DNA from: Macrostomum hystrix
Taxonomy: Eukaryota; Animalia; Platyhelminthes
Assembly: GCA_950097015.1 (NCBI GenBank)
Contig: CATNEN010000031.1
Span: forward strand, 1,674,001 to 1,738,000
Direction of reading: 5' to 3'
DNA length: 64,000 nucleotides
The notes under the pieces were generated by a model. That model searched no databases. It was not told the origin of the DNA and worked only from the letters and a program-made list of their open reading frames with translations. The first letter of the stretch is position 1; each line of letters begins with the position of its first letter. A program made the translations under genes and the position numbers. Positions 1-12,100 of this stretch are shown here, piece by piece.

Positions 1-717
1 CCAGACAAAACTAATCAGAAATTGATTCATCTGATGAAAACCTTTAAAGCAGAAATTTTTGCCTCGTCAAATATACTAAAAATGCCATATCTAAAGATCA
101 TATCTCTCATGCATGCGGGCGGATCATTTATTGATAATGATGAATAAAATAATGTTAGATTGATCAATAGAGAGATTGCGTGATCGCTTGAAGTTTTTGA
201 AGTGGCCAAACTGATGCATCCGCTAAGACTGAAAAACGCGTATTCTAGTTATGTAGCAAGATTTATCAATCACTGCACACAATGGCTGCTGATAATGCAT
301 TCACTCTATACTTTGTCTAACTTGCTTCGATTTATAATTATACGGATTATCCAGAACCGGAATAGAGAAATCAACTGCCCGCAGAGAAAACTACGGACGC
401 GATGGTTGCACATGAGTCAGCCTAATAAGCCATGTTTGACTGTGCCTGAAGTAGGTAGGTGAATGTGAGTAGCTGGCTATAGTTTTGTCAATCACTGACA
501 GAGAAATTCCAAATCACTAATTGGTCATACGGCTTGCCATCTTTGCAACCTGCCTGTCCAGCCTAATTGTAGGAGTGGCGGTCTCAAATTTCTCCCACAG
601 ATCAGAGGCCTTACATATATGCATTATTATATAAACCAAGGTAATCACAGATGAGATTCTGTGGGATAAAAAACAACTCTGAGAGACTAGTCAAACCAGA
701 TTATTCGCAACACTTTA

Positions 718-1701
718 GATTTCCCAATTAGAATGATAGAACAGATGAGATTTCCCAACTAGAATGATAGAGCAGGTGAGATTTCCCAACTAGAATGATA
801 GAACAGATGAGATTTCCCTACTAGAATGATAGAGCAGGTGAGATTTCCCAAATAGAATGATAGAACAGATGAGATTTCCCAACTAGAATGATAGAACAGA
901 TGAGATTTCCCAACTAGAATGATAGAACAGATGAGATTTCCCAACTAGAGTGATAGAACAGATGAGATTTCCCAACTAGAGTGATAGAACAGATGAGATT
1001 TCCCTACTAGAGTGATAGAACAGATGAGATTTCCCTACTAAAATGATAGAACAGATGAGATTTCCCTACTAGAATGATAGAACAGATGAGATTTCCCAAC
1101 TAGAGTGATAGAACAGATGAGATTTCCCAACTAGAGTGATAGAACAGATGAGATTTCCCAACTAGAGTGATAGAACAGATGAGATTTCCCAACTAGAGTG
1201 ATAGAACAGATGAGATTTCCCAACTAAAATGATAGAACAGATGAGATTTCCCTACTAGAATGATAGAACAGATGAGATTTCCCAACTAGAGTGATAGAAC
1301 AGATGAGATTTCCCAACTAGAATGATAGAACAGATGATATTTCCCAACTAGAATGATAGAACAGATGAGATTTCCCAACTAGAGTGATAGAACAGATGAG
1401 ATCTCCCAACTAGAATGATAGAACAGATGAGATTTCCCAACTAGAGTGATAGAACAGATGAGATTTCCCAACTAGAGTGATAGAACAGATGAGATTTCCC
1501 AACTAGAATGATAGAACAGATGAGATTTCCCAACTAGAATGATAGAACAGATGAGATTTCCCAACTAGAATGATAGAACAGATGAGATTTCCCAACTAGA
1601 ATGATAGAACAGATGAGATTTCCCAACTAGAATGATAGAACAGATGAGATTTTCCAACTAGAATGATAGAACAGATGAGATTTCCCAACTAAAGTGATAG
1701 A
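718..1701. repeat. Minisatellite, 31-bp unit GATTTCCCAACTAGAATGATAGAACAGATGA, ~32 copies
   Basis: Direct reading. Confidence 0.97.
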
Positions 1702-3444
1702 GAAAATATTTTTGACCTACAGTGAGACAGACTAAGCAGCCAATACTTGACCTGGAGTCTGGTCAAATCCCAATGGAAGATGCGCCATGGTGGGGTCAGA
1801 GTTTCAGAGATAGGGAGAGGGGGTAGAGAAGGCCACTTAAGTCCTGAGCTTTAAGGAGGCCAAATTTTTCTTTGATTATTTTGAGTATCTGCTTCAAGCA
1901 CCAGTGAACAAGGTGTGGCATGGGGGTTTATAGTTTGCTTTTGAGCCCGGGCGTCTAATTCCTTCAGCAGCAAATTGGTCAATAATATGCAAAAAGGGCT
2001 TCACTAACAAAGATGCATCGACCCCGTCACATAGCAGCTTGGGGAATCCAGAATCAGGGGAAGAAGGAAGGGGAAGCAGATCCTCTTCCCCACATTCTAG
2101 AGAGGGTCGTTAGGGCTATAAACTGTTCTAAACCTCACTGATTGCGTCACAATCACAGTCTTCTCTGCTAGCCAAAAAATGGACAAGACTGCTAGAGACA
2201 CTTGGCCTCTACGATAAATCTAACAGCAGAGACAAGATTAGACAGACAAGATGGCATAGGAGGGCGTAGGAGTGACAGCTAAAGATTTTAGAAATTTAGT
2301 GGCTATTTCTGGACGAATTTCGACTTTGAAAAAAACTAGATACTTCATAGATAGGTAGAAAATTGTGAACAGGTAGGCGATGGTCGATTATGACAGCCTA
2401 TGGGTAGACTTTTCACGGGATTTCACAATCTTCTCTTGCTCCCCCGCCCTGTCATCATCTTCAGTTGATTGCGAACAAAAAAAAACTGCGCCAACGGGTG
2501 CGAAATGAGCCGGAGTCGAGAATAGAACAGGTGCGACACTGATTAGGGTATTACATAAGGATTGTGTTTCGACGATTTGCATTAGCAATAAAAATGTGCC
2601 CAGAAATTTAGCATTCCACATCGCATTAGATTAACGCAAACAGATGTTGGAAAACTAAGAAAATTAGATCCGTTAAAGAATGTAAAGAATATAGTAAATC
2701 CCTCTATATTCACATATATAGATTGTTGCAGTAAGTTGCCAATCATTCCTCAGCAAAAACTTTAAAGAAATCTCTAATTTCCAGATTTTGGTTAAGAGCC
2801 AACTTCAACAATGAGCCTTTATGGGTCTTCGCAAACTGCTTAGGAAATAAATTGAGACAACTTACACACAGAGGCCGTAGCTCGGACGAAACTCTCTTTC
2901 AAAGCTGGGTTCTATGCTAGCTAGCGAATTTGTATTTTTAGCAATACGGAAGCCATGGCGACAGTTGCAATTACCGAGAGCTAGATTTTTGTTATAATTC
3001 TTTCTGTGTCTTTCTCTTTCTCAATTGAAGCCATCCATCTTAGAAAAGATTCATTCAACTTTTTTCTCTTTACTATTTTCATGGGCCAGCGCAGGCAGAC
3101 ACTAGAGCAGGGGGGGGTAGAGGAAGAGTGAAAATAAGTGGACAGCGGTGGGTGCCTGTGTGTGTGCCGAGTTCGCAGCCAGACCCGGTCTGATTGGCGG
3201 TGGCTAGTGTTCAACGAATCAGGCTTATAGCCAAGCTGTCTCCAGGCGAGAAGGCACAAGTTTAGCGCGTATGTTTAAACAGACTTTCTGCTGTGTAGAG
3301 TAGCCAGATAGCTTATCTAGCTTGATATAGGCATACAAAACTGCTGTAGGAAACTTTATTCATTGAATCTACAAATAGGTAGAATATATATGAAATATAT
3401 TATTCTATACAAGCTAAAAGAAAAACAAAATAAAAATTGTAATT

Positions 3445-4285
3445 TAGGATTTTTTATTTCAGTAGAGCGTCTCAACTTAGGGATTTGGGATTTCAGTAAA
3501 AAGTCTTCACTAAGGGATTTGGGATTTCAGTAAAAAGTCTTCACTTAGGGATTTGGGATTTCAGTAAAAAGTCTTCACTTAGGGATTTGGAATTTCAGTT
3601 AGAAAGTCTTAACTTAGGGATTTGGGATTCAGTAGAATGTCTCAACTTAGGGATTTGGGATTCAGTAGAATGTCTCAACTTAGGGATTTGGGATTTCAGT
3701 AAAAAGTCTTCACTAAGGGATTTGGGATTTCAGTAAAAAGTCTTCACTTAGGGATTTGGGATTTCAGTAGAATGTCTCAACCTAGGGATTTAGGATTTCA
3801 GTAGAATGTCTCAACTTAGGGATTTGGGATTCAGTAGAATGTCTCAACTTAGGGATTTGGGATTCAGTAGAATGTCCCAACTTAGGGATTTAGGATTTCA
3901 GTAGAATGTCTTAACTTAGGGATTTGGGATTCAGTAGAATGTCTCAACTTAGGGATTTAGATTTCAGTAGAATGTCTCAACTTAGGGATTTGGGATTCAG
4001 TAGAATTTCTCAACTTAGGGATTTGGGATTTCAGTAGAATGTCTTAACTTAAAGATTTGGGATTCAGTAGAATGTCTCAACTTAGGGATTTGGGATTTCA
4101 GTAGTGTCTCAACTTAGGGATTTGGGATTTCAGTAGTGTCTCAACTTAGGGATTTGGGATTTCAGTAGAATGTCTCAACCTAGGGATTTGGGATTTCAGA
4201 AGAATTTTTTAACTAGAGATTTGGGATTTCAATAGAATGTCTTAACTTAGGGATTTGGGATTTTAGTAGAAAGTCTAACTTGGCA
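3445..4285. repeat. Minisatellite, 33-34-bp unit GGATTTGGGATTTCAGTAGAATGTCTCAACTTAG, ~25 copies
   Basis: Direct reading. Confidence 0.95.
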
Positions 4286-4791
4286 AATTGTGATTTTAAC
4301 AGGATATCAATATTTTAACAAAATTTCGAACCATCAAAACATGTGAAGATATAGACTTTTGAAGTTAGACACATTTTAACGCGAGTTAATCCACAATTTA
4401 ATTATACATTACAAAAAATATGAAATCAGAAGCGAGTGCAGAAAGGGAGAAGTGAGCACCGCTCTCAGGGAAAAGTGGACGGAAGTGGCATTACGTCAGC
4501 TCCAATCGGGGGAAGAATGTAAGACTCATTTCTAAATTAAGGATGACTCTATTCAGAGAACTATTTCCTGGCTAGGGCTAGGAACAAGTGTATGCCATTC
4601 GGGACTTGACTGCAGAACTCGAAATTACTAAATAATGACATTGGCTATTTGGGATGAAATGCGCTGTTACCAATCCCAACCATTTCCCAAGCATATTTGA
4701 GCCCATCCGGTTCGTAGCGCTTTTCTCTTCATACTTTACGCTTAACTTTTTCCTACCTCATCTAACCACTAGGCTACAACCTGGGCTTCCC

Positions 4792-5073
4792 TAGGGCGTC
4801 GGACTGACGACTTGAATGTCCGGGGTTCGATTCTCGACTCCATTGAAACAATTTGTATCCTTTAGCAAGACACTTAACTCTGCATTGCTTCAGTTCACCC
4901 AGCTGTTAAATGGGTGCCAGCATTAGCTGGGATAATTGAAGGTGGGTGTGGCGTCCCCCCAGTCCATGGACTGAACAGCTGTACGCAGTTTTCAGATGCG
5001 CCGCGCAATAGCTGCGGCTGTGCTGTCGGCTGCACATCTGACCCGATTGGGGCAGGTGCAATCAATTATTATT
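4792..5073 (+). mobile_element. SINE family A (tRNA head + CORE domain + hairpin 3' part + (ATT)n tail), near full length
   Basis: B box GGTTCGATTC; CORE-like block 4859-4914; palindrome CAGTCCATGGACTG; tail CAATTATTATT. Confidence 0.88.
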
Positions 5074-5126
5074 AATTTCTTTTCCTAGGATTTTTGTGTT
5101 AGATTCAGATGCTGAGAGGAGACGGT

Positions 5127-5487
5127 AGAGAGTGGGATGAGAGAGGGAGAGGGGAAGAGGAGAGAGTGGGATGAGAGAGGGAGAGGGGAAGAGGAGAGAG
5201 TGGGATGAGAGAGGGAGAGGGGAAGAGGAGAGAGTGGGATGAGAGAGGGAGAGGGGAAGAGGAGAGAGTGGGATGAGAGAGGGAGAGGGGAAGAGGAGAG
5301 AGTGGGATGAGAGAGGGAGAGGGGAAGAGGAGAGAGTGGGATGAGAGAGGGAGAGGGGAAGAGGAGAGAGTGGGATGAGAGAGGGAGAGGGGAAGAGGAG
5401 AGAGTGGGATGAGAGAGGGAGAGGGGAAGAGGAGAGAGTGGGATGAGAGAGGGAGAGGGGAAGAGGAGAGAGTGGGATGAGAGAGGG
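5127..5487. repeat. Polypurine minisatellite, 34-bp unit AGTGGGATGAGAGAGGGAGAGGGGAAGAGGAGAG, ~10.5 near-identical copies
   Basis: Direct reading; 32/34 purines. Confidence 0.97.
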
Positions 5488-6899
5488 GGTGAGGGGGAGT
5501 TAGAAGAGTGGAAGGAGAGAATGGCAGAAAATGAAAAGTTCAGCGATCTCCAATGAGGCAGAAAGCACGCAGCAGTGCAAGAAAATTCGGACAGGTCAGT
5601 GACAGGAGGCAGGAGTAACGATTGCCCGCATACTTTTACACACGCAGTTACCCCGTTGACTTCATTCTGCTGTGTTCCTTCTTCTCTCCTGTGGTGTTTT
5701 CTAGCGCCAAAGTTAACGCCCCCCAGCCTTCCATTCTTAAACTTTCTCCCGCTAAAACTAATGGGATGGGATCGGCAGAAGCTTAGAACAAGAACTGGGG
5801 AATGGTGAAGTTTGGCTAAGAAAAAGTTCACGACTGCTAGAGATAGTTAATAATTTGTAGTTAGGGAAGCCCAGGCAAGCAGAAATAAGTGAAAGTATAG
5901 GATGCGCAAAGAGTTCGGAAACTAATGAAAGATGCAAACAGAAGCCAGTATGGGAGGCCCCATAAGAATACACTAAAAGAAGATTAATTGCTGCATTTAG
6001 ATAGATTATCCTGATAAGAGTTGCAAAGTAGAGGGCTTAAGTCAAACTACTGAATTTATGAAACAGTTGGCCATTGTGCCGATATAAGCTGTACACTACT
6101 TTTGCTTTGAAGATGCAATCTAGAGGTAAAGTGTTAATCTGCTTCTTTTCCTATACTAGATTAGTGGCATTTCTATATGAAAAATGGGCAAATTAAATCT
6201 TATCTTTGTCTGTATCTATGCGCAGGGATCAGTGAGTTGCTTGATAAAGAATTGAGTCTATCGCAAATGAGATGATCACAAACGAAGGCAGGGCAGGCAG
6301 GTAACAGAGTGAGTTAAGGCGGAGATAAGATGGACGCGTGACGACTCAAGAGAGCCGGGAGAGACACAAAATCAATCCGATCAGGTGAGCCAGTTTCCTT
6401 TGGCCCAGGTTAAAGATTTTGGAAGGCCATCGGGCTGGGGAGAATTACGTAAGTCTTACCTTCCTCCACCGCCCCGATGGGCGCCGCCCACTGCTCAAGG
6501 CGGCGATGGAGGGGGGTGTTCTACCCAATGTCCATAATTTGTGCCCGGCAAAACCCTAAGGCAAAAGCGGGAGCAAAGATTTATCATGCATATGCGCATA
6601 CGCAGAGAGAGAGACACAAGGGACAGTTCATTGCGGGGAGTTGCTAACTGTCCAAAAAGTTTCTTTGGAAAACTTTGCTCAGGGAGTGAGGCTGAGCAGG
6701 ATCAAAGTCTCTTTTATACAAACTGATCAGAGGGGAGAGATTAGAAGGTCTGGCTGGCTCATTTTCTTTTTAAACAAAAAATGATTACACGATGAAAACT
6801 AGGGCAGGTGAGTCGATAACTTTGTCCTCGGTGCTAAATAGAAAAAATTCGATACCTCCCCTAAAGCCCCCCGCACTTTGTGTGGGCCTCACAGCAGGG

Positions 6900-7022
6900 G
6901 TCAGCTGGGCCACTGCTGGTACCAACTGAAACAATGCAGATTTCAAGTGTCTTACTAAGGAACACGAATTCGAACTCCCGACCTATTGGTCAGAATTCCG
7001 TAGTTATAAACACTAGGCTACA
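6900..7022 (-). mobile_element. SINE A 5' half
   Basis: Minus strand reads GTAGCCTAGTG..GAGTTCGAATTC..CCTTAGTAAGACACTTGAAATCTGCATTG. Confidence 0.7.
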
Positions 7023-7638
7023 AGCTACAAGCACATTTGACTAGAATCATCGAACTGCTGGAATCATAACCAGCCGCCAGATCAGACATCACACTTGGGG
7101 ATCCTGTGCCCTGACAGCTAGGAGCTTTAGTAATCTGCGACAGGAAGATAAAAATTGCCTAAGCTCAGTATAACTTGCAAAGCATCTAGAATGTTATCCG
7201 AACATAACTTTCACTCAGCACATCAGATTAGAATTAAGAATTAAAAAATGCATTTACTCAGAGTTTAAACACTTAAGGACAAAAATTAAAAAGAGAGAGA
7301 TAGTAAGCACACAGGCTCGGGTCAACACAGATCTAATTTGAGTGTTTTAAACAGCTAGTTCTCATGGCGCACTCAGTTACGTAACACTCGGGCGACATGT
7401 TTGCAGACGGCGCATTGCTTTTGAAAAGACAGAGAAGAGTTACAGAAAGAGAGAAATGGAAGACACGAGCCTGATCAAAGCCTTTCTCACATTGCCTTAG
7501 CGATTAAAATATGAAGATAAATTCTGTCAGCTCAAGTGTGGCATTGTTGTGAGGCCGCCAGAATGACTTCTGGCTGGTCGCTGGGTAAACAGTAAGCTGT
7601 TTGCCTTCTTAAAAATAGGCTCTGGGCTTTTCTCTGCT

Positions 7639-7640
7639 CA

Positions 7641-7681
<41 letters not shown>
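7639..7681. repeat. (CA)n microsatellite
   Basis: Direct reading. Confidence 0.95.
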
Positions 7682-7682
<1 letters not shown>

Positions 7683-7763
7683 AGAAACCTGCCATCCAAG
7701 CAGAATTGTCAAGAAGGTAAATTTATGAGAGATACAACATGCCCAGCATTGCATACAAGCGAT

Positions 7764-8376
7764 CTAGGGTCGGAAAACTCGCAAAATTTACTGGCCGAAT
7801 CGAGAGAATAAAAAAATACGAAAGCGGGACGGTTTCACAGTTGAAAGATGAGTCAGGGAGAGAGATGATACACGAGAATGATGAAACACGGGTGAAATGA
7901 GACAAGAGAGAGGTGAGACACGGGAGAGATGAGACAGTGGAGACATGAGACACATGAGACATGAGACACATGAGACATGAGACAGGGGAGAGATGAGACA
8001 GGGAAGAGATGAGACAGGGGAGAGATGAGACAGGAGAGAGATGAGACACGGGAGAAATGAGACAGTGGAGACATGAGACACATGAGAGATGAGACACATG
8101 AGAGATGAGACAGGGGAGAGATGAGACAGGGGAGAGATGAGACAGGGGAGAGATGAGACAGGGGAGAGATGAGACAGGGGAAAGATGAGACAGGGGAGAG
8201 ATGAGACAGGGGAGAGATGAGACAGGGAAGATGAGACAGGGGAGAGATGAGACAGGGAAGATGAGACAGGGGAGAGATGAGATACGAGAGAGAGCAGGAG
8301 TTAAAAGTGACCAGAGGTGAATTTAGTATGTTGCCGGTCGCATCTAGCCCATGGGCAGGAGGTAGTCTGCTCCCTG
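7764..8376 (-). mobile_element. Old, diverged copy of the same hAT MITE with GAGATGAGACAGGGGA array
   Basis: Ends CTAGGGTCGGAAAAC and GTCGCATCTAGCCCATGGGC..TCCCTG align to the subterminal regions of the 14369 copy; no TSD left. Confidence 0.75.
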
Positions 8377-8815
8377 ACTGACCACTCGAGTAGATAAAGC
8401 TACATTTTGTACCAGTCCCAGAGCCCGGCCCACATTGTAGCAACACGTTTGCAAAGAGGAAAAAGTAACAGCAGCAAAATCAGTCATCATTGATTCTAGA
8501 ATCTGCTCGAAGCACACATTATTAATCGCAGCGAGAAAGAGGACCATAAAAAAGAGGACAGTCAGTTGTTGAAGGTCCATAAATCAAGTAACGCCAGTCG
8601 GGAATGTCTTTGCAGCTTGTGAAAGACAAAGTAGAAATGGAAAGTGTTACGTAACCCGATCATCTGTACCCCCGAATTTATTATAAACAAAGAAAAGAAT
8701 TTAGAATAAAAGATCAAAAAATACAACTCGTTTGATGCTACTTACAGTAGAATAACTAGAGCTGCGTGCTTTATCTTATGGCAAATAAAGGTGATATTTC
8801 TAGACATTCACTCAC

Positions 8816-9161
8816 CGGTGTCGGCATCTTCGGCGTGCACTTTTCCAATGACGCTGCCCTGCGGAATGTCCTCCGGCACTGGTGGCAAGCTTCTAGCCGT
8901 GAATACCGGGGCGCAGTCGTTCTCGTCCAGTACCTGGATCTCCAGGGTCGCTGAGCAGGCGAACTGGCCATCGCTGGCTAGCACGGTCAGGCTGTGCCAG
9001 TCGGCCGTCTCCCGGTCCAAGCTGTCAGCCAATGTGACCACACCTGTGCGTCGATTGACTGCGAATAGGCCGCTGGCGCTGTTGTTAGCCGGGATGGAAT
9101 AGGCTATGAGGCCTAGGCCTTCTTCGTTGCTGTCAGCGTCCGTGGCAACCACCGTGGCAAC
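8816..9161 (-). CDS. FAT1: Fat-like cadherin exon 16 (346 nt), last exon found in window
   Basis: CTGCAG|GTT GCC ACG (VATVVATDADS..LDRET..LDENDCAP); ends EDADT-G|GTGAGT; no further cadherin exon recognised in 1-8815. Confidence 0.92.
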
Positions 9162-12100
9162 CTGCAGGAATGAATAGCAGTAAGGATTTAGAATGGTTAT
9201 AGAGCCTGATGGATTGGGGGCTTTTGAGCCTGAAGAACTAAGAACTACAAAGCCTGAGGTAGCGGGATTTAGTGAATCTGGTTGGTCGGAGTTATAGGGA
9301 TCTAAAATTCCGATCTGACACAGACCTCGGATCCAACGGGCAGTCCTTCGGACAGTCGCAGGCGCCTCAGTGGCTGCCGGCACACCGGCGCATTGTCATT
9401 AACGTCGCGCACTGTCACCCGATGCCGCCAGGGTCGCTCCGTGGTAAACACGCCATCAGTAGCCAGGATCTCCAGGTCGTAGACAGCTCGGCGCTCCCGA
9501 TCCAGCGGACCGCTAAGCACCAGCAGGCCGTCCTCGGTCAGGTCAAACTCCGGTGGTGGCCGGCTGGCGAAGTAGAACCGCACCGGCGGTCTGTCAGCGC
9601 CGTCGCGATCTTCCACGTGCAGCCGGGTCACCGTTGTGCTGACTGGCGCCGACTCGGACAGCGTCGACTCGCTGCCTCCGGCCACCTCCGGCCAAGTCAG
9701 CGGCTCATCGTTGACATCTACCAGCGAGATGAGCAGCCTGGCCTCGCCAGTCATGCCGCTAGAGTCCGTTGCTAGGAGACGGCAAGAGAAGGATGCCAGC
9801 GGAGATTCGCGGTTGAGCTTTGCGGCCACAGTCACCAGGCCGCTGTCCTGGCCGATGTGCAGGGCGGCTGGCGCAGCGGAGCTGGCCGAGGAATTCTGGC
9901 CGGGCAGGATGAGGCTGTAGGCCAACGGGAAATCACCGTCCGGATCCAGAGCCTTGGCTTGCAGCAGAGCGGTGCCGATGGACACAGCTTCGGACACTTC
10001 CAGGTTGTAGTCGCTGGTCTCGAACACCGGGGGCAGGTCGGGCTGGTTCAGGATGTCCAGACGGAAGGCGCGAAACGCGGGCAGGGCCGGTTCGGTGCCG
10101 GCCGACCTGGCCAACAGGGCGAATCGGACGGAGGCTTCGCGCTCGCGGTCGAACGGTCTGGCAGACACCATGATCAGGTTCTCGCCGCTGATGCTGAGAA
10201 GAACATCGGCCTCGCCGAATACTAGGCTAGCCTGGTAGGCAGCGGTGAAGCTGCCGTTCAGCTGCGCCCTGCAAGTGGCCAGGACGGTGCCTGCTGGCGA
10301 GTTCTCAGCCAATCGCAGATCGTCGCTAGCCGAAGCCAGGCCGCCGCGCATGCCGGAGCAGAGTAGGCGGAACTCCGGCAGCGGGCCGGCCGGCGCGAAT
10401 CGGACAGTGAGCTCCTGGCGGCTGTGCAAGTAGGGCGGTTCCCAGTCTGTGGCCGACACTGTCAGCTGGTGCAGGCGAAGATCGGCGGCTGCGGCCGCTG
10501 TGGTGGCGGCAAAGCTGGCGAACGATCGCTTGAGTGTCACCTGGCCGGTGCTTTTGTTTACCTGGATGACATTTTTAAAGCAAGGACTTTTCTTAAGAAA
10601 AACAGATAAGGAAATCGCCTAGAAAAGCATTTCTTCCCCCAGATTCTTAGATTGGGATTTATTCCCTGAATCTCCTAGATTGGGATTTATTCCCTGAATC
10701 TCCTAGATTGGGATTTATTCCCTGAATCTCCTAGATTGGGATTTATTCCCTGAATCTCCTAGATTGGGATTTATTCCCTGAATCTCCTAGATTGGGATTT
10801 ATTCCCTGAATCTCCTAGATTGGGATTTATTCCCTGAATCTCCTAGATTGGGATTTATTCCCTGAATCTCCTAGATTAGTATTTATTCCCTGAATCTCCT
10901 AGATTGGGATTTATTCCCTGAATCTTCTAGATTGGGATTTATTCCCTGAATCTCCTAAATTGGGATTTATTCCCTGAATCTCCTAGATTGGGATTTATTC
11001 CCTAAATCTCCTAGATTGGGATTTCTTCTGAGAAACTCACAGCAAACAGCGGACTCTCATTAACCAGCCGATAGTCATCAATGGGCCTGGATAGATCGTC
11101 CAAATCGGTGGCTCGCAGCCGGAAAGCCACAGTGCCAACTGCAGCATCCTCGGTGAGAACCACCTCGGTTTGCTGCGGCTCGAACCTCGGCGGATTGTCG
11201 TTGATATCTAGGACGGAGATCACCACCGAGCAGGTGGCGTGCAAACCGCCGGCACCGCTAGCCAGCACGGCAAAGTCAAGAGTTCGAATCGCGTCGGCAC
11301 CTTCGCGATCCAGAGCGGCCCTGGCGCTAATCCAGCCGGTCCGCCGGTCGATCTCGAGCAGGCGATTAATTCGATCGCTGAACGATCGATAGACAACGTC
11401 TGTGCCGCCAAGGGTTGTCACCTGTGTGCGGAAATCCATGCGATTATCAAAATACTACTAACAGTAGATGGATATGTTAATGTAAACACCTGAGTTATTG
11501 TGTGCCTTCTCTATTTTTCTTTTCTCTGAGACGGAGTTTCTCTAACTCACAAAAAATTCAACCAATCGAAATGAAATTCTAGAACACGGGCTCAAATTTT
11601 CCTCTCAATCCGATAAGACAACTTCTAGAATCACAAAACATCGGCACCGTCGAGATATACTACGATTCAAGTCGAAGTGTCTGGTGGCAAGAATCCCAAA
11701 TATAGGCATATTTTTTCTGCTCACAAAAGCAGTCTATACTTCGTATCTAATAACAGTATTCAGTCCACTCACCTGGACCAGCTGAGTTCCTGGCACGCTG
11801 TTCTCAGGCACCTTGGCGTGAAACAGCGGCACGGAGCACCTGGGCGGACCCGGCGGAGGTGGCAGCAGGTTGACAGCCACGCTGGCCCGATCCGAGTGGA
11901 CCGAGTCTGTCACCAGCACCGTCAGGTGGAAGGTGCGGCCTAGGCTGGCCTGAATCGGCTGATACCGGATGGTGCCGAACTCTGGGTTGATGCGGAACTG
12001 ATAAGAGTCAAAGCTGGACTCCAGCGAGTAGGTCAACTCGGACGATTCGTCGGCGTCAACGGCTGTCACCTTGACAACGAATGTGCCAGGTCGCGACTGA

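Noticed and set aside
5085-5831. 248-aa Ser/Pro/Leu-rich ORF, and similar ORFs at 7.7-8.4, 22-25, 26.7, 45, 46.6 and 52 kb
   Set aside because: These are translations of tandem repeats or MITE interiors.
6460-6540. GC-rich segment ending in a minus-strand GAAG|GTAAGA donor as Fat exon 17
   Set aside because: The phase-1 reading from the nearest acceptors gives a stop or non-cadherin sequence, and the polypyrimidine tract is poor.
7742-7755. 13-nt match (CCAGCATTGCATA) to the 37-40 kb satellite unit
   Set aside because: A single short match is compatible with chance in a 64-kb window.
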